DNA of 18,130 nt from Allobaculum fili. Its GTDB lineage: Bacteria > Bacillota_I > Bacilli_A > Erysipelotrichales > Erysipelotrichaceae. Shown in pieces: positions 1 to 6,540 of the stretch (position 1 is the first letter of the stretch; each line of letters opens with the position of its first letter). The notes beneath the pieces are model-generated. The model was not told where the DNA came from. It saw nothing but the letters and a program-made list of their open reading frames with translations, and did no database searches. The DNA is taken from NCBI RefSeq assembly GCF_020969955.1, contig NZ_JAHDSX010000045.1:1-18130 (forward strand). The letters run 5' to 3'. The position numbers and the translations under genes were made by a program.

Positions 1-94
1 AAGACCCCTTGAAGACGACAAGGCGATAGGCTGGAGATGGAAGCGAAGCGATTCGCGGAGTTGGCCAGTACTAATCGGTCGAAAGCTTAATCTA
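1..94 (+). rRNA. rrl: 23S rRNA, 3'-terminal fragment (the gene continues upstream of the window)
   Basis: GAAGACGACAAGGCGATAGGC...CCAGTACTAATCGGTCGAAAGCTTAATCT parallels the conserved bacterial 23S 3' end (E. coli GAAGACGACGACGTTGATAGGCCGGG...GGTACTAATGAACCGTGAGGCTTAACCTT). The 3' boundary is good to about +/-5 nt. Confidence 0.85.
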
Positions 95-208
95 AGATTC
101 GAGAAAGCTATACGCAAGAAGCCACTATGGAAACCAACGATCGCGTTAGATCGTTATGCTGGAAGACTGATGTTTGTTTTTGGAAGATCCATTTGATAAA
201 CTTTAAAA

Positions 209-316
209 GTACGGTGACGATAGCGGATGGGATACGCCCATTTACATCCCGAACATGGAAGCTAAGCCATCTTGCGCTGACAATAGCCACAAGGCAAAGA
301 TAAGTAGTTGCCGAAC
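209..316 (+). rRNA. rrf: 5S rRNA (about 105-108 nt, shorter than usual)
   Basis: Conserved 5S blocks are present: GATAGCGG and CCCGAACATGGAAGCTAAGCC (cf. B. subtilis CCGAACACGGAAGTTAAGC). Terminal helix I forms between CGGTGAC (212-218) and GTTGCCG (307-313), including two G-U pairs. It lies about 115 nt downstream of the 23S end. Ends are good to +/-3 nt. Confidence 0.85.
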
Positions 317-322
317 AAAATG

Positions 323-373
323 AAATCCCCGAAAGATAAAGGAGAAATCCGATATTCTTCGGGGATTTTTCTT
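323..373 (+). terminator. Intrinsic terminator closing the rRNA operon (possibly bidirectional, also serving the convergent rpiR-like gene)
   Basis: AAATCCCCGAA (323-333) pairs perfectly with TTCGGGGATTT (358-368), an 11-bp stem followed by TTTTTCTTT. The loop is long (24 nt). An alternative shorter hairpin, AAATCC (345-350) with GGATTT (363-368), uses the same 3' arm. Confidence 0.7.
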
Positions 374-443
374 TGTCTGCGTTTTATGAACAGAGAATTC
401 TTCGCTTTCAGCGGCTCGCGGATCGGACGCCTGGATTTGCAGT

Positions 444-1199
444 TTACATTTCATCGAAGTGCGCGTATTCCAGATACTTTCTTGCCAGAACTGTTAATGC
501 GATGGAAAGGGCGTTCATGGATTTGGAGTCTTCGGCCTGCAGTGGAAGCGGGGAGATTTCATAGTGCAGCGAGAACTGGCTGTGATCGCTGAGAGAGTTT
601 TTGGAAAGCATCGTCACCGAACAGATCGGGACTTTTCGAATGTTGAGCAGATTGACGATGTTTTTGAGATGCGGGGTTTCTCCGCTGAGACTGGTGATAA
701 TGACCAGATCGTCCGGCGTCAGTGTACGGGCGATAATTTCAAAGTTCGTTTCTCCAGAAATCAGATGATTCGGCTTGCCGTAGAGAAAAAGCTCCGAAGA
801 AAACTGCTGGGAATAGTTGTTCTGTACAAATCCGGTCGCGTAAATGATCAGGCGATTTGCCGAATCGATGGCTTTCAGCAGCGGCGTGTAATTGAACTGC
901 GCGCACATATCGAACGTTCGCATCACATCGTGACGGTACTGATCGACCAGATCCTGCGGAATGACTTCCCGCGCATTCAACGCTTCCTGCATTTCAAATT
1001 TCATCTGGGAATAGCCGCGATAGCCGAGTTTCTGCGCCAGGCGCAGTACGGATGACCGGCTCGACTGCAGCATTTTCGCCATATCGTTAATGGACAGGCC
1101 GCAAAGATCTTCTGTATGGGAAACGAGAAAACTGGCCATTTCCTTTTCTGTATCGTTTAAGCCGTCATAGCTCACTTTTACCTGCTGGAAAAAATTCAT
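444..1199 (-). CDS. RpiR/MurR-family transcriptional regulator (N-terminal HTH_6 plus C-terminal SIS sugar-phosphate-binding domain)
   Basis: A 251-aa ORF. The HTH segment is LSINDMAKMLQSSRSSVLRLAQKLGYRGYSQMKFE. SIS-like segments are LIIYATGFVQNNYSQ...DLVIITSLSGETPHL. The SD is AAGGAGAAAGGAGAAGG, ending about 5 nt before the ATG. Confidence 0.85.
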   Translation of the reverse strand: MNFFQQVKVSYDGLNDTEKEMASFLVSHTEDLCGLSINDMAKMLQSSRSSVLRLAQKLGYRGYSQMKFEMQEALNAREVIPQDLVDQYRHDVMRTFDMCAQFNYTPLLKAIDSANRLIIYATGFVQNNYSQQFSSELFLYGKPNHLISGETNFEIIARTLTPDDLVIITSLSGETPHLKNIVNLLNIRKVPICSVTMLSKNSLSDHSQFSLHYEISPLPLQAEDSKSMNALSIALTVLARKYLEYAHFDEM

Positions 1200-1233
1200 G
1201 ATCCTTCTCCTTTCTCCTTAGTGCGGGGGATAG

Positions 1234-1252
1234 TCCATCCAGAATGGATGGA
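1234..1252. promoter_or_regulatory. Inverted repeat TCCATCC-N5-GGATGGA in the rpiR-like 5' region (candidate operator)
   Basis: Perfect 7-bp arms at 1234-1240 and 1246-1252, which is 35-53 nt upstream of the ATG at 1199. A third TCCATCC half-site sits at 1341-1347. Confidence 0.35.
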
Positions 1253-1420
1253 AAAGAAAAACAGGTTTTGTACAGCCATACTCTTTCGGTCCGTTTTTAA
1301 GGTACAGGAATTTTCAGAAATCGATAAGACCGTTTTTACATCCATCCCTTTTTCGTGCACATTCCGTGATCAGGCGAAGTGTGAGGGGCACTCCGCTTAC
1401 TGAAAAGATCAAAGCGCAGA

Positions 1421-1450
1421 AACAGAAAAGACTCCAGATTCTGGAGTCTT
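1421..1450 (-). terminator. Intrinsic terminator downstream of the GH13 gene
   Basis: AAGACTCCAG (1428-1437) pairs with CTGGAGTCTT (1441-1450). On the minus strand the hairpin is followed by TTTTCTGTT. It starts 6 nt after the GH13 stop codon (1456-1458). Confidence 0.7.
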
Positions 1451-1455
1451 CAAAA

Positions 1456-3177
1456 TCAGTCGATCGTCTTGTCAAAAAGAATCATGAGCGCTTCATAAGG
1501 ACGAAGCGTCTGGATCTTCGAGAGCGTTTCTGGGGTGTCGCAGTAATTGGAAAGGAGAAGCTTTGCGCATGAAAGACATTTTTCTTCTTCTTTGGAAAGG
1601 CCAAGATCGGATAGGGAGAACGGAATATCCTGATCGGCGAAGCTGCAGATGATATACAGGCTGCTGTTTTCGTTGGCTCGTTTATAAGCGAAGATCTCTG
1701 GATGATCTTTCATTTTGAGCGAGTACGTTCCGTTGCGCAAAACCGGGAGTTCTTTTCGCAGAGCGATGAGCTTCTGGTAATGGTAGAAGACGGAATTGGG
1801 ATCGTTCAGCGCGTCTTCGACGGTAAAAACGTCTCTGGCTTTGGTAAAGGGCAGCCAGGGCTCGCTTTTTGAGAAGCCGTAATTGGACTTGTTTGAATCC
1901 CATTGCATCGGCGTACGGGCATTGTCCCGGCTGCCGTTATGGCAGACGGTACGAATGAACTCTTCGGATTCTCCGTTTTCGCGAAGCAGATCGATAAAGG
2001 CGCGGGTCTCGATATCCTGATAGTCTTCCAGACGTTCAAATTCCGGGTTTACCTGACCAATTTCTTCACCCATGTAAACGAAGGGCGTTCCCTTCATGCC
2101 ATGAAGCAGGGTGCCAAGCATTTTTGCGGATTCGATGCGGAAGCGCTGATCGTCGCCATAGCGGGATACGGCACGCGGCTGATCGTGGTTGTTCCAGTAC
2201 AGGGAATTCCATCCCTGTTCCAGATCGTTCTGCCATTTGGACAGGTTTTCCTTCAGATCGGCAAGCGGAGCGCGTTCGACGGAAAACTTGCCGTATTTTC
2301 CATAATCGAGATGCATGTGTTCAAACTGGAAAACCATGTTGAGTTCTTTTCGCGCCGGATCGGTAAAAAGCAGAGCCTGCTTTGTTGTGGTGTTTGGCGT
2401 TTCGCCGACGGTCATCACATCGTAGCGGCTGAGCACCTGCTCATTCATTTCCTGCAGGAATTCATGAACGCGCGGTCCGTTGGAACTGCCCATGTAATAG
2501 GACTTTGTATAGGGGAAGCGGCCGTCATTGTCCGGGAAGGCGGGATCTTTGGAGATGACCGAAATGACATCCATGCGAAATCCGTCGACACCTTTATCCA
2601 GCCAGAAGCGCATGTCTTCATAAACCGCTTCGCGAACCGCCGGATTTTCCCAGTTCAGATCGGGCTGCTCTTTGGCAAAGCAGTGCAAATAGTACTGATC
2701 GCGTTCGGGAACGTACGTCCAGGCCGGTCCGCCAAACGTCGAGCCCCAGTTGTTGGGAAGCGAGCCGTCTTCTTTCGCGTCTTTCCAGATGTAGAAATCG
2801 GAATAAGGATTGTTTCGGGAAGAGCGGGACTGCTTAAACCATTCGTGCTGATCGGATGTGTGATTAACGACTAGATCCATAATGATGCGAATCCCTTTTT
2901 CATGGGCTTCTCTGAGCAGCTGCTCAAAGTCTTCCATCGTTCCGTACTGCGGATGAATGGCCCGGTAGTCGGCAATATCGTATCCGTTATCGATAAGCGG
3001 AGATACATAGATTGGGTTCAGCCAGATCGTGTCTGCGCCAAGCTTCTGAATGTAGTCCAGACGGGAGCGGATCCCGTTGAGATCGCCGATGCCGTCGTTG
3101 TTGCTGTCCTGAAAAGACTGGGGGTAAATCTGATAAATGACGCTGCTTTTCCACCAGTCGGTCGACTTGCCGCGCAT
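1456..3177 (-). CDS. GH13 alpha-glucosidase of the oligo-1,6-glucosidase / trehalose-6-phosphate hydrolase type
   Basis: A 573-aa ORF carrying the four canonical GH13 regions: DLVVNHTS, GFRMDVI (nucleophile Asp), VGETP (acid/base Glu) and NHDQPR. The N-terminal WWKSSVIYQIYPQSF...DGIGDL is typical of this subgroup. The SD is GAGGAGGA, about 8 nt upstream. Confidence 0.9.
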   Translation of the reverse strand: MRGKSTDWWKSSVIYQIYPQSFQDSNNDGIGDLNGIRSRLDYIQKLGADTIWLNPIYVSPLIDNGYDIADYRAIHPQYGTMEDFEQLLREAHEKGIRIIMDLVVNHTSDQHEWFKQSRSSRNNPYSDFYIWKDAKEDGSLPNNWGSTFGGPAWTYVPERDQYYLHCFAKEQPDLNWENPAVREAVYEDMRFWLDKGVDGFRMDVISVISKDPAFPDNDGRFPYTKSYYMGSSNGPRVHEFLQEMNEQVLSRYDVMTVGETPNTTTKQALLFTDPARKELNMVFQFEHMHLDYGKYGKFSVERAPLADLKENLSKWQNDLEQGWNSLYWNNHDQPRAVSRYGDDQRFRIESAKMLGTLLHGMKGTPFVYMGEEIGQVNPEFERLEDYQDIETRAFIDLLRENGESEEFIRTVCHNGSRDNARTPMQWDSNKSNYGFSKSEPWLPFTKARDVFTVEDALNDPNSVFYHYQKLIALRKELPVLRNGTYSLKMKDHPEIFAYKRANENSSLYIICSFADQDIPFSLSDLGLSKEEEKCLSCAKLLLSNYCDTPETLSKIQTLRPYEALMILFDKTID

Positions 3178-3599
3178 TATTCATCCTCCTCGTCATCGTC
3201 GGATGCGCCAAAGGACGCGTTGACGTAAACAATTTGCGAGCGGGCTTCCGCAATGGCGGTTTCAATGGCTGCTTCATCCAGAGCACCGCTCTGCGCCTGC
3301 AGCGCCAGAGTAAGCACCAGCGGCAAATTCATTCCCGCAAACAGATGCGTATTGGGCCGTTTGAGAATGTAGGGCGCGCATGCCTGGCAGACCGAACCGC
3401 CAGGCATGTCGGTAAAGATCAGAATTTCATCGGCCGGATCGACAGGATCGATGACAGCGGCGAGTTCTTCTTCGATGGGGGTGTTGTTCAGGTAGGCGGA
3501 AATGTCCGCAATTTCAAGATCGGAAGGGAAGATGTAGTTGAGAGTATCTTTTAAGCCGGAAGCCATAGTGTGATGGCTGGCGAGAATGATTTTGGTCAT
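3177..3599 (-). CDS. PTS mannose/fructose/sorbose-family EIIA component
   Basis: A 140-aa ORF with MTKIILASHHTMASGL (phosphorylatable-His region) and IFTDMPGGS, both typical of EIIA-Man. Its stop overlaps the GH13 start as TAATG, sharing nt 3177. The C-terminal tail is acidic (DDDEEDE). Confidence 0.8.
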   Translation of the reverse strand: MTKIILASHHTMASGLKDTLNYIFPSDLEIADISAYLNNTPIEEELAAVIDPVDPADEILIFTDMPGGSVCQACAPYILKRPNTHLFAGMNLPLVLTLALQAQSGALDEAAIETAIAEARSQIVYVNASFGASDDDEEDE

Positions 3600-3664
3600 G
3601 ATCAGCAGGTATCCTTTCGTAAATGGGGTAAAGAAATGAGAATGCAGAACGATCAGAACGAGAG

Positions 3665-3704
3665 CAGCTGCCGGAAATTTTATTGAAAGAAAAGCCGGCA
3701 GCTG
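3665..3704. repeat. 10-bp perfect inverted repeat (CAGCTGCCGG / CCGGCAGCTG) in the IID-IIA spacer
   Basis: The arms are 3665-3674 and 3695-3704, separated by a 20-nt A/T-rich spacer. On the plus strand the repeat is followed by TTTTATT, so it is terminator-like in the antisense direction. On the minus (sense) strand no U-tract follows. Confidence 0.6.
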
Positions 3705-3751
3705 TTTTATTCCGGTGCGCCTTTCCAGAAGGGAAAGACAAAGTAAGGAAA

Positions 3752-4615
3752 TTAAACGGTCAGAATACCGAAGAAGGAGCAGACCAGCGCCAGCGCAATG
3801 ATGGCGAAGATGATTTGAATGACGCTCATTTTTCGCGAAGAGAGCAGCTTGTACACCGTAAAGGTAAGCAGTGCGGGGAGCAGAGCTGGCATGATCGAAT
3901 CGAGTACGCCCGTCTGAATGTTCAGAGCCACTTCGCCAAACGCAAATTCCAGACCGACCGTCATATGGATTACGGAAGGAATGAGGGCGCCTACGACGGT
4001 CAGCCCCATGATGGAAGCGGCCTGGGTAAACGTCTGCAGTTTGTCGCCTAAAGCAGTAATCAGCTTCAGACCGGATTCATAGCCGAGGTCGAACAGCTTG
4101 AAGCGAAGGAACAGGAAGCAGACATTCAGGACCATCCAGATGACGGCGCCGATCGGATTGCCTTCCAGACCCATGTAGGCTGCGATGGATCCCATGATGG
4201 TCGGATACAGAACCCAGATCAGGGTGTCGCCGATTCCGGCTAAAGGCCCCATCATGCCGGTCTTGAAGTTCTGTACGGTGTCGAGCGCCTCCAGACCGTC
4301 TTTTTCCTCCATGGCCAGCGAGGCGCCAAGAAGAATGTTGGCCATCCAGGTTGTAGTGTTGAAGTACTTGAACTGGTTGTCGAGCGAAGCCCGGTAATCT
4401 TCATCGTTCGGATAGAGCTTGCGCAGTGCTTTCTTCAGACCGAAAACGACGCCAGGTCCCTGCTGGCTTTCGTAGTTGAAAACGTTGCAGGCCATGAACA
4501 TGTAGCGAAATGCAGCAGTACGAATATCTTTTTTGGTCAGCACCCGATGGCTTTCGGCTGCGGGTGCCGGGCTGTTTTCCTGAATAACGGATGGAGTTTC
4601 CATGTTTTTACTCAT
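3752..4615 (-). CDS. PTS mannose-family EIID component
   Basis: Sequence LTKKDIRTAAFRYMFMACNVFNYESQQGPGVVFGL...FNTTTWMANILLGASLAMEE is typical of IID. I place the start at ATG 4615 (MSKNMET), about 9 nt after GAAGGAG. It overlaps the IIC stop (ATGAGTAA). The upstream part of the tracked ORF (to 4717) lies inside IIC and is not used. Confidence 0.85.
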   Translation of the reverse strand: MSKNMETPSVIQENSPAPAAESHRVLTKKDIRTAAFRYMFMACNVFNYESQQGPGVVFGLKKALRKLYPNDEDYRASLDNQFKYFNTTTWMANILLGASLAMEEKDGLEALDTVQNFKTGMMGPLAGIGDTLIWVLYPTIMGSIAAYMGLEGNPIGAVIWMVLNVCFLFLRFKLFDLGYESGLKLITALGDKLQTFTQAASIMGLTVVGALIPSVIHMTVGLEFAFGEVALNIQTGVLDSIMPALLPALLTFTVYKLLSSRKMSVIQIIFAIIALALVCSFFGILTV

Positions 4616-5420
4616 CCCAGTCATCTCCTTCCTCTTCGATGATTGCAGTATCGCCGGCACTCTTTGCGACGGCAGCGGCCGGCTTAGACGATGCGGTGGT
4701 GAAGTAATAGTAGGCAAGAGCCAGACCGATGATCGAAACGCCGAGCATCGGCACGTTCAGATAGGCCGATAGTACGAATCCGGCCAGAAGCATGGACAGG
4801 TATTTCTTAGCCGGCATAACCTGAAGCAGAAGCGCGATACCGACAACCGGAAGCATGTTGCCCGCGATGGACAGTCCATTGGTAAACCATTCGGGAACAA
4901 CGGAAAGAATGAAGCTGACGATCTGTTCGCCGAAGATGACGCAAAGTGCAGTTGGCAGAGCGGTGGAAAGCATGAAGATGACGGGTCCAAGCCAGAGAAT
5001 GCGTTCCATTTTTTTGAAGTTCAGCGCATCGCAGGCTTTTTTGGCTGCGTTGGCTACGTAGGTGTTGAGCAGTTTGGCAAGAACGTCGAGCTGAATGCCG
5101 AGCATGCCGACAGGAACGCCGACCGCCAGCGCAACGGCTTTGGCGGAATCGAGATCGCCCGTGGTACGGCAGGCAACGAAGATGCCGACCAGTGCGGCTA
5201 GTCCCCAGTTGGGGACGGAACTGCCTCCAATGTTGGCGACGCCAAGGTTCATCAGCTGAAATGTTCCGCCGATCATAAGTGCGGTAGTGAGATCGCCCAT
5301 GATGATGCCGGCAGGAACCGAGATCATGATGGGAAACCAGGTCATGAGGACGAGCCCCTGCTGGTCAATGACCATCCAGCAAGCGAGCAGGATGATCAGG
5401 ATAGCCTGTAAAATTTCCAT
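4608..5420 (-). CDS. PTS mannose-family EIIC component
   Basis: A 270-aa polytopic membrane protein with MEILQAILIILLACWMVIDQ...GGTFQLMNLG...GGSSVPNWG, which is ManY/SorA-like. The SD is GAAAGGAAA, about 6 nt upstream. Confidence 0.85.
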   Translation of the reverse strand: MEILQAILIILLACWMVIDQQGLVLMTWFPIMISVPAGIIMGDLTTALMIGGTFQLMNLGVANIGGSSVPNWGLAALVGIFVACRTTGDLDSAKAVALAVGVPVGMLGIQLDVLAKLLNTYVANAAKKACDALNFKKMERILWLGPVIFMLSTALPTALCVIFGEQIVSFILSVVPEWFTNGLSIAGNMLPVVGIALLLQVMPAKKYLSMLLAGFVLSAYLNVPMLGVSIIGLALAYYYFTTASSKPAAAVAKSAGDTAIIEEEGDDWDE

Positions 5421-5457
5421 ATTCAGTTTCCTTTCTCAGAATGATTGATCTGCGTGT

Positions 5458-6027
5458 TCAGATTTCCTGGTTTGAATCGACTGCGAGCGCCTCTTTGGCA
5501 AAAGGGTGAAGTTGCTTAGAGAGATCCGTCTGGATCGGGACGGTTTTTTCGTCCTTGATGTACGTTTCAAAGGCTTCTTCGCTCTCGCCCGGTACATAGT
5601 GGAACGTTACCGGTACGCCGAGCTGCTGCAGACGGCGGAAGTCCTGGACTTCCTTTTCACTGACGGAAACCATCTTTTTCACCGTCTTTTTGCCTTCGCC
5701 GTCGAAGAGAATGCCGATGTTGACTTTCGGAATCTCAATACCGTTTTCCTTGAGGGTGACGAGCGTTTCCGGCTCGCGCACAATGACGAAGACGTTGTGG
5801 TTGTTGTACTTGCCCGCTTTGAAGTTACGGATGGCGGTTTCGGTGTCGATGATGGACATGCCTGTTCCGGCCGGCTTGCTCATGCGCATCGCCTGTTTCT
5901 GGATTTCATCGCCGGATACGATGTCGTCGATGACCATCAGGCGTTTGGCTTTCGTCACTCCTGCCCACTGGGTCACGACGATTCCGTGGATGAGCCGCTG
6001 GTCGACTCTGGCTAATACAATGCTCAT
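5458..6027 (-). CDS. PTS mannose/sorbose-family EIIB component
   Basis: MSIVLARVDQRLIHGIVVTQW carries the IIB-Man phospho-His motif (RxDxRLIHGQV-like). The start is ATG 6027, preceded by GGGAGGAAAAAATT. The tracked ORF extension to 6243 has no SD and a non-protein-like sequence. About 25 extra C-terminal residues are present relative to my recollection of typical IIB length. Confidence 0.85.
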   Translation of the reverse strand: MSIVLARVDQRLIHGIVVTQWAGVTKAKRLMVIDDIVSGDEIQKQAMRMSKPAGTGMSIIDTETAIRNFKAGKYNNHNVFVIVREPETLVTLKENGIEIPKVNIGILFDGEGKKTVKKMVSVSEKEVQDFRRLQQLGVPVTFHYVPGESEEAFETYIKDEKTVPIQTDLSKQLHPFAKEALAVDSNQEI

Positions 6028-6110
6028 AATTTTTTCCTCCCTGGCTGTTCGCCCTGTTGACGAGGACAGAATAGAAAACTTCCAGAAACAGGTAAATGGT
6101 TTGCAAGGAC

Positions 6111-6165
6111 GTTGGGAAAGCGCTTCAAACTCTGGGTATTTCCCAGGACGGCGGGAAATTTCCCG
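6111..6165. promoter_or_regulatory. Cluster of GGGAAA/TTTCCC palindromes upstream of the PTS operon (candidate operator)
   Basis: CGGGAAATTTCCCG (6152-6165) is a perfect 14-bp palindrome. CTGGG-TATTT-CCCAG lies at 6132-6146 and GGGAAAGCGCTTC at 6114-6126. All sit 85-140 nt upstream of the IIB start. They are downstream, in the minus sense, of AT-rich -10-like hexamers (TATTAT and TATATA, complement of 6181-6198). Confidence 0.45.
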
Positions 6166-6310
6166 TTGAAAAAACAGCTTTATATAAAGTGAATAATACG
6201 ATAAAACGCAAAAACGAAAACGGGGAAAGCCTTTTCTTCCCATGGGCCGAAAACACTGAATCGTCCCGATTCAGGCATAAAACGCCTGCCGCCAATCGTG
6301 CAGGCAAAAG

Positions 6311-6347
6311 CGGGAAAAGAAAAAGAGATGCCAGTCTCGGCATCTCT
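6311..6347 (-). terminator. Intrinsic terminator between the ArAE-like gene and the PTS operon
   Basis: A 9-bp stem, AGAGATGCC (6324-6332) with GGCATCTCT (6339-6347), and a 6-nt loop. On the minus strand it is followed directly by TTTTCTTTT. Confidence 0.75.
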
Positions 6348-6540
6348 CAAAGGAACAGATTCTGTTTTATTTTATGGGGGCGGCTTTTCAGGTTTTTCCA
6401 GCGGACCAAGGGGTCCGTCTTGATTTTCAAGACGGATGTGCCTCCTTTTTTGACGAATATATGCATGCGGGAAGGGGCGCAAGCAGATCAGCGCGAAAGA
6501 GAGCAGGCTCGAAACTGTCGATAACCCGGACTTGGATGGA

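Noticed and set aside
108-592. Tracked ORFs 108-290(-), 242-454(-), 308-592(+) and 373-564(+)
   Set aside because: They overlap the 23S-5S spacer, the 5S gene, the rRNA terminator or the antisense of the RpiR gene. None has an SD and none has a protein-like sequence.
1903-2874. Long antisense ORFs opposite real genes: 1903-2874(+) in GH13, 5506-6015(+) in IIB, 6664-7701(+) in the ArAE-like gene, 10280-10882(-) and 10943-11860(-) in the 677-aa gene, and 13645-14286(-) and 14587-15117(-) in the kinase
   Set aside because: These are mirror-frame ORFs opposite genes with clear family motifs or strong SDs. Their translations are Arg/Phe/Ile-rich and lack motifs, as expected from codon bias on the opposite strand.
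4616-4717. N-terminal extensions of tracked ORFs: IID to 4717, IIB to 6243, and the 2-TM protein from TTG 8808
   Set aside because: The extensions overlap the upstream gene or intergenic repeats, lack an SD, and have non-protein-like sequence. Internal ATGs with good SDs match the family N-termini.
6106-6126. cre (CcpA) site-like sequence on the minus strand, TTGAAGCGCTTTCCC
   Set aside because: The central CG is offset by one position relative to WTGNAANCGNWNNCW, and the palindrome is imperfect. I could not get an in-register match, so it is not called.
6028-6540. Search for a sigma-54 promoter (TGGCAC-N5-TTGCW) or a BglG/LicT-type RAT antiterminator upstream of the mannose-class PTS operon
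   Set aside because: I saw no convincing -24/-12 element or RAT-like sequence overlapping the terminator on the minus strand. No LevR- or PRD-type regulator is encoded in the window either.
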